The position numbers and the translations under genes are program-made. The notes under the pieces were generated by a model. That model had not been told where the DNA came from. It saw only the letters and a list, made by a program, of their open reading frames with translations, and did not search any database. Of a stretch of 64,000 nucleotides of DNA, positions 62,907-64,000 are shown piece after piece. Source of the stretch: Candidatus Levyibacteriota bacterium (lineage in GTDB: Bacteria; Patescibacteriota; Microgenomatia; Levybacterales; UBA12049); contig JACOXU010000001.1 of NCBI GenBank assembly GCA_016182185.1, forward strand, positions 115,190 to 179,189, read 5' to 3'. Numbering within the stretch: the first letter of the stretch is position 1; each line of letters begins with the position of its first letter.

Positions 62907-64000
62907 TTATACTTCTCTCTTTCGGGGCAGATATTTAAATAAATATTTTTTACTAATTAAATAGAGCATTAAGAAAATTGGTGCGGCTGCAATAATCCAT
63001 GCAAGATTAATTGTTATCTTTTTAACTGCTTCTTGAGTTTCATCTGAATTGGCACTACTGTTTATTGAAGCAACTTGAATCCCGGCAATTCCATTCACAA
63101 CTTTTGCCAGAACTTTTACACCGGTTGAATTTCCGGCTGCGACTACAATCGCACTGGTTCCTCCTGAGCTACTTTCTCCTGTTGAATTATTTTCAGATGC
63201 TTGATTTGAATCACTGCTATTATTATTTACCAAACTTTCTTGAGAAGGCGCCCCTCCCACTGCAAGGTTATTTGATCTTTTTTGAGTACCGGGTGTGACA
63301 AAATCTCCTACCCAGCTTCCGAAAACATTTACAAAGGTTACAACGAGCTTTCCTCCTCCTGTAATATTGTTATTTACGAAATTTACAAGATTGGCAATTA
63401 TCTTAGCATCTCCGGTTGTAATACTTGAATTTCCACCCGTATTGTAACTTGAAGAATTTCCACCTGTATTTGCAGAAAGGTTAATATTATTCGTTATTTG
63501 AGCATTGTTATTTTGATTTACTGTATTATTGGTAGTACTAGATACGTCTGCTGTATTATTTGACAATGCACCGTTTCCCGAGTTCACGGCAATTATTTCT
63601 CCATCCTCATTTACAATAAACTCAGTCCCTGCTGATCCAGCGTAATTACTACCCTCTGGCGCTCCTAGAATCTGACCCACCCATTGTCCCGCTCTATTTA
63701 CAATTACCAGCCACCAAGTTCCTCCGTTAATATTAGAGTTTGCAATATTTAAGACTTGCGCATTTACATCTGCATTTCCGGTAGTGACATTTGAATCACC
63801 ACCTGTGTTGAAACTTGAACTGTTATCTCCTGTATTTGCCGAAAGAATAAGGTTATTGTCGATCAGTGCGTCATTATTCTGGAAAGTATCATTATTAATA
63901 GTATTATCAATGTTGGCTGCGTTAGTTGATCCTGCGCTATTGCCGGTATTTGCAGCTGTCAAAGAACCTCCGCATGTTGAACATGTGGAGGAACCTGCAA
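62907..64000 (-). CDS. Asn/Thr/Gly-rich repeat surface protein, paralogue (N-terminus beyond the window end)
   Basis: Same repeat grammar (SANTG.NSSS.NTGG.S…TGNA/DA…) with a C-terminal TM anchor. The reading frame stays open to position 64000, so the listed Met at 63962 is probably internal. Confidence 0.5.
   Translation of the reverse strand, partial: AGSSTCSTCGGSLTAANTGNSAGSTNAANIDNTINNDTFQNNDALIDNNLILSANTGDNSSSFNTGGDSNVTTGNADVNAQVLNIANSNINGGTWWLVIVNRAGQWVGQILGAPEGSNYAGSAGTEFIVNEDGEIIAVNSGNGALSNNTADVSSTTNNTVNQNNNAQITNNINLSANTGGNSSSYNTGGNSSITTGDAKIIANLVNFVNNNITGGGKLVVTFVNVFGSWVGDFVTPGTQKRSNNLAVGGAPSQESLVNNNSSDSNQASENNSTGESSSGGTSAIVVAAGNSTGVKVLAKVVNGIAGIQVASINSSANSDETQEAVKKITINLAWIIAAAPIFLMLYLISKKYLFKYLPRKREV

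Noticed and set aside
60436-64000. Asn-codon-rich repeat proteins as possible targets of a diversity-generating retroelement (template or variable repeats)
   Set aside because: No reverse transcriptase gene is in the window. The paired DNA repeats differ at all four nucleotides rather than only at adenines (compare 60708-60782 with 60980-61052). These are ordinary diverged paralogous repeats.

Overview
This is an AT-rich (roughly 30-35% GC by eye) bacterial chromosomal segment, densely coding on both strands. Gene content suggests a small-genome, monoderm, CPR/Patescibacteria-like organism. That placement is inference from a type-2-like IleRS, many PMT/ArnT-like GT-C membrane glycosyltransferases, tRNAs without encoded CCA, and a sortase with an LPXTG substrate.

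Layout, in order:
- 1-11.8 kb: gatB 3' end, a small nucleotidyltransferase-fold ORF, dnaE, a complete F1Fo ATP synthase operon (atpB-E-F-H-A-G-D-C), then pyrF-pyrE on the minus strand.
- tRNA-Thr.
- 12.0-39.6 kb: a cell-envelope glycosylation locus of about 25 kb. It holds an O-antigen-ligase-like protein, at least six GT-C-like polytopic proteins plus other polytopic membrane proteins, four GT2 (two fused to large membrane domains), two GT4, a Dpm1-like polyprenyl-phosphate sugar synthase, a Wzx-like flippase, an NAD-dependent epimerase, three SAM methyltransferases, and a secreted LamG plus C39-like peptidase protein.
- tRNA-Val, lepB, then parB-rpmA-rplU-rodA-ileS on the minus strand, two more GT-C proteins, and a HAD hydrolase.
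- A Doc-family toxin with a tiny overlapping upstream ORF.
- A minimal dcw cluster on the minus strand (ftsZ-ftsA-ftsQ-murG-ftsW-mraY).
- From 57.4 kb to the window end, a cell-surface island: a TasA/camelysin-like protein, SipW, a lamin-tail-domain protein with a SipW-cognate signal peptide, a TasA-like::RTX-repeat fusion, a paralogous family of Asn/Thr/Gly-rich repeat proteins, a sortase, and an LPATG-anchored substrate.

I found no transposase, integrase, CRISPR array or rRNA. The most unusual signal is a pair of heptanucleotide tandem-repeat motifs, (TGATATT)n and (AATTTTG)n, sitting in frame inside three different glycosyltransferase genes. One 35-nt tract is identical in two genes.
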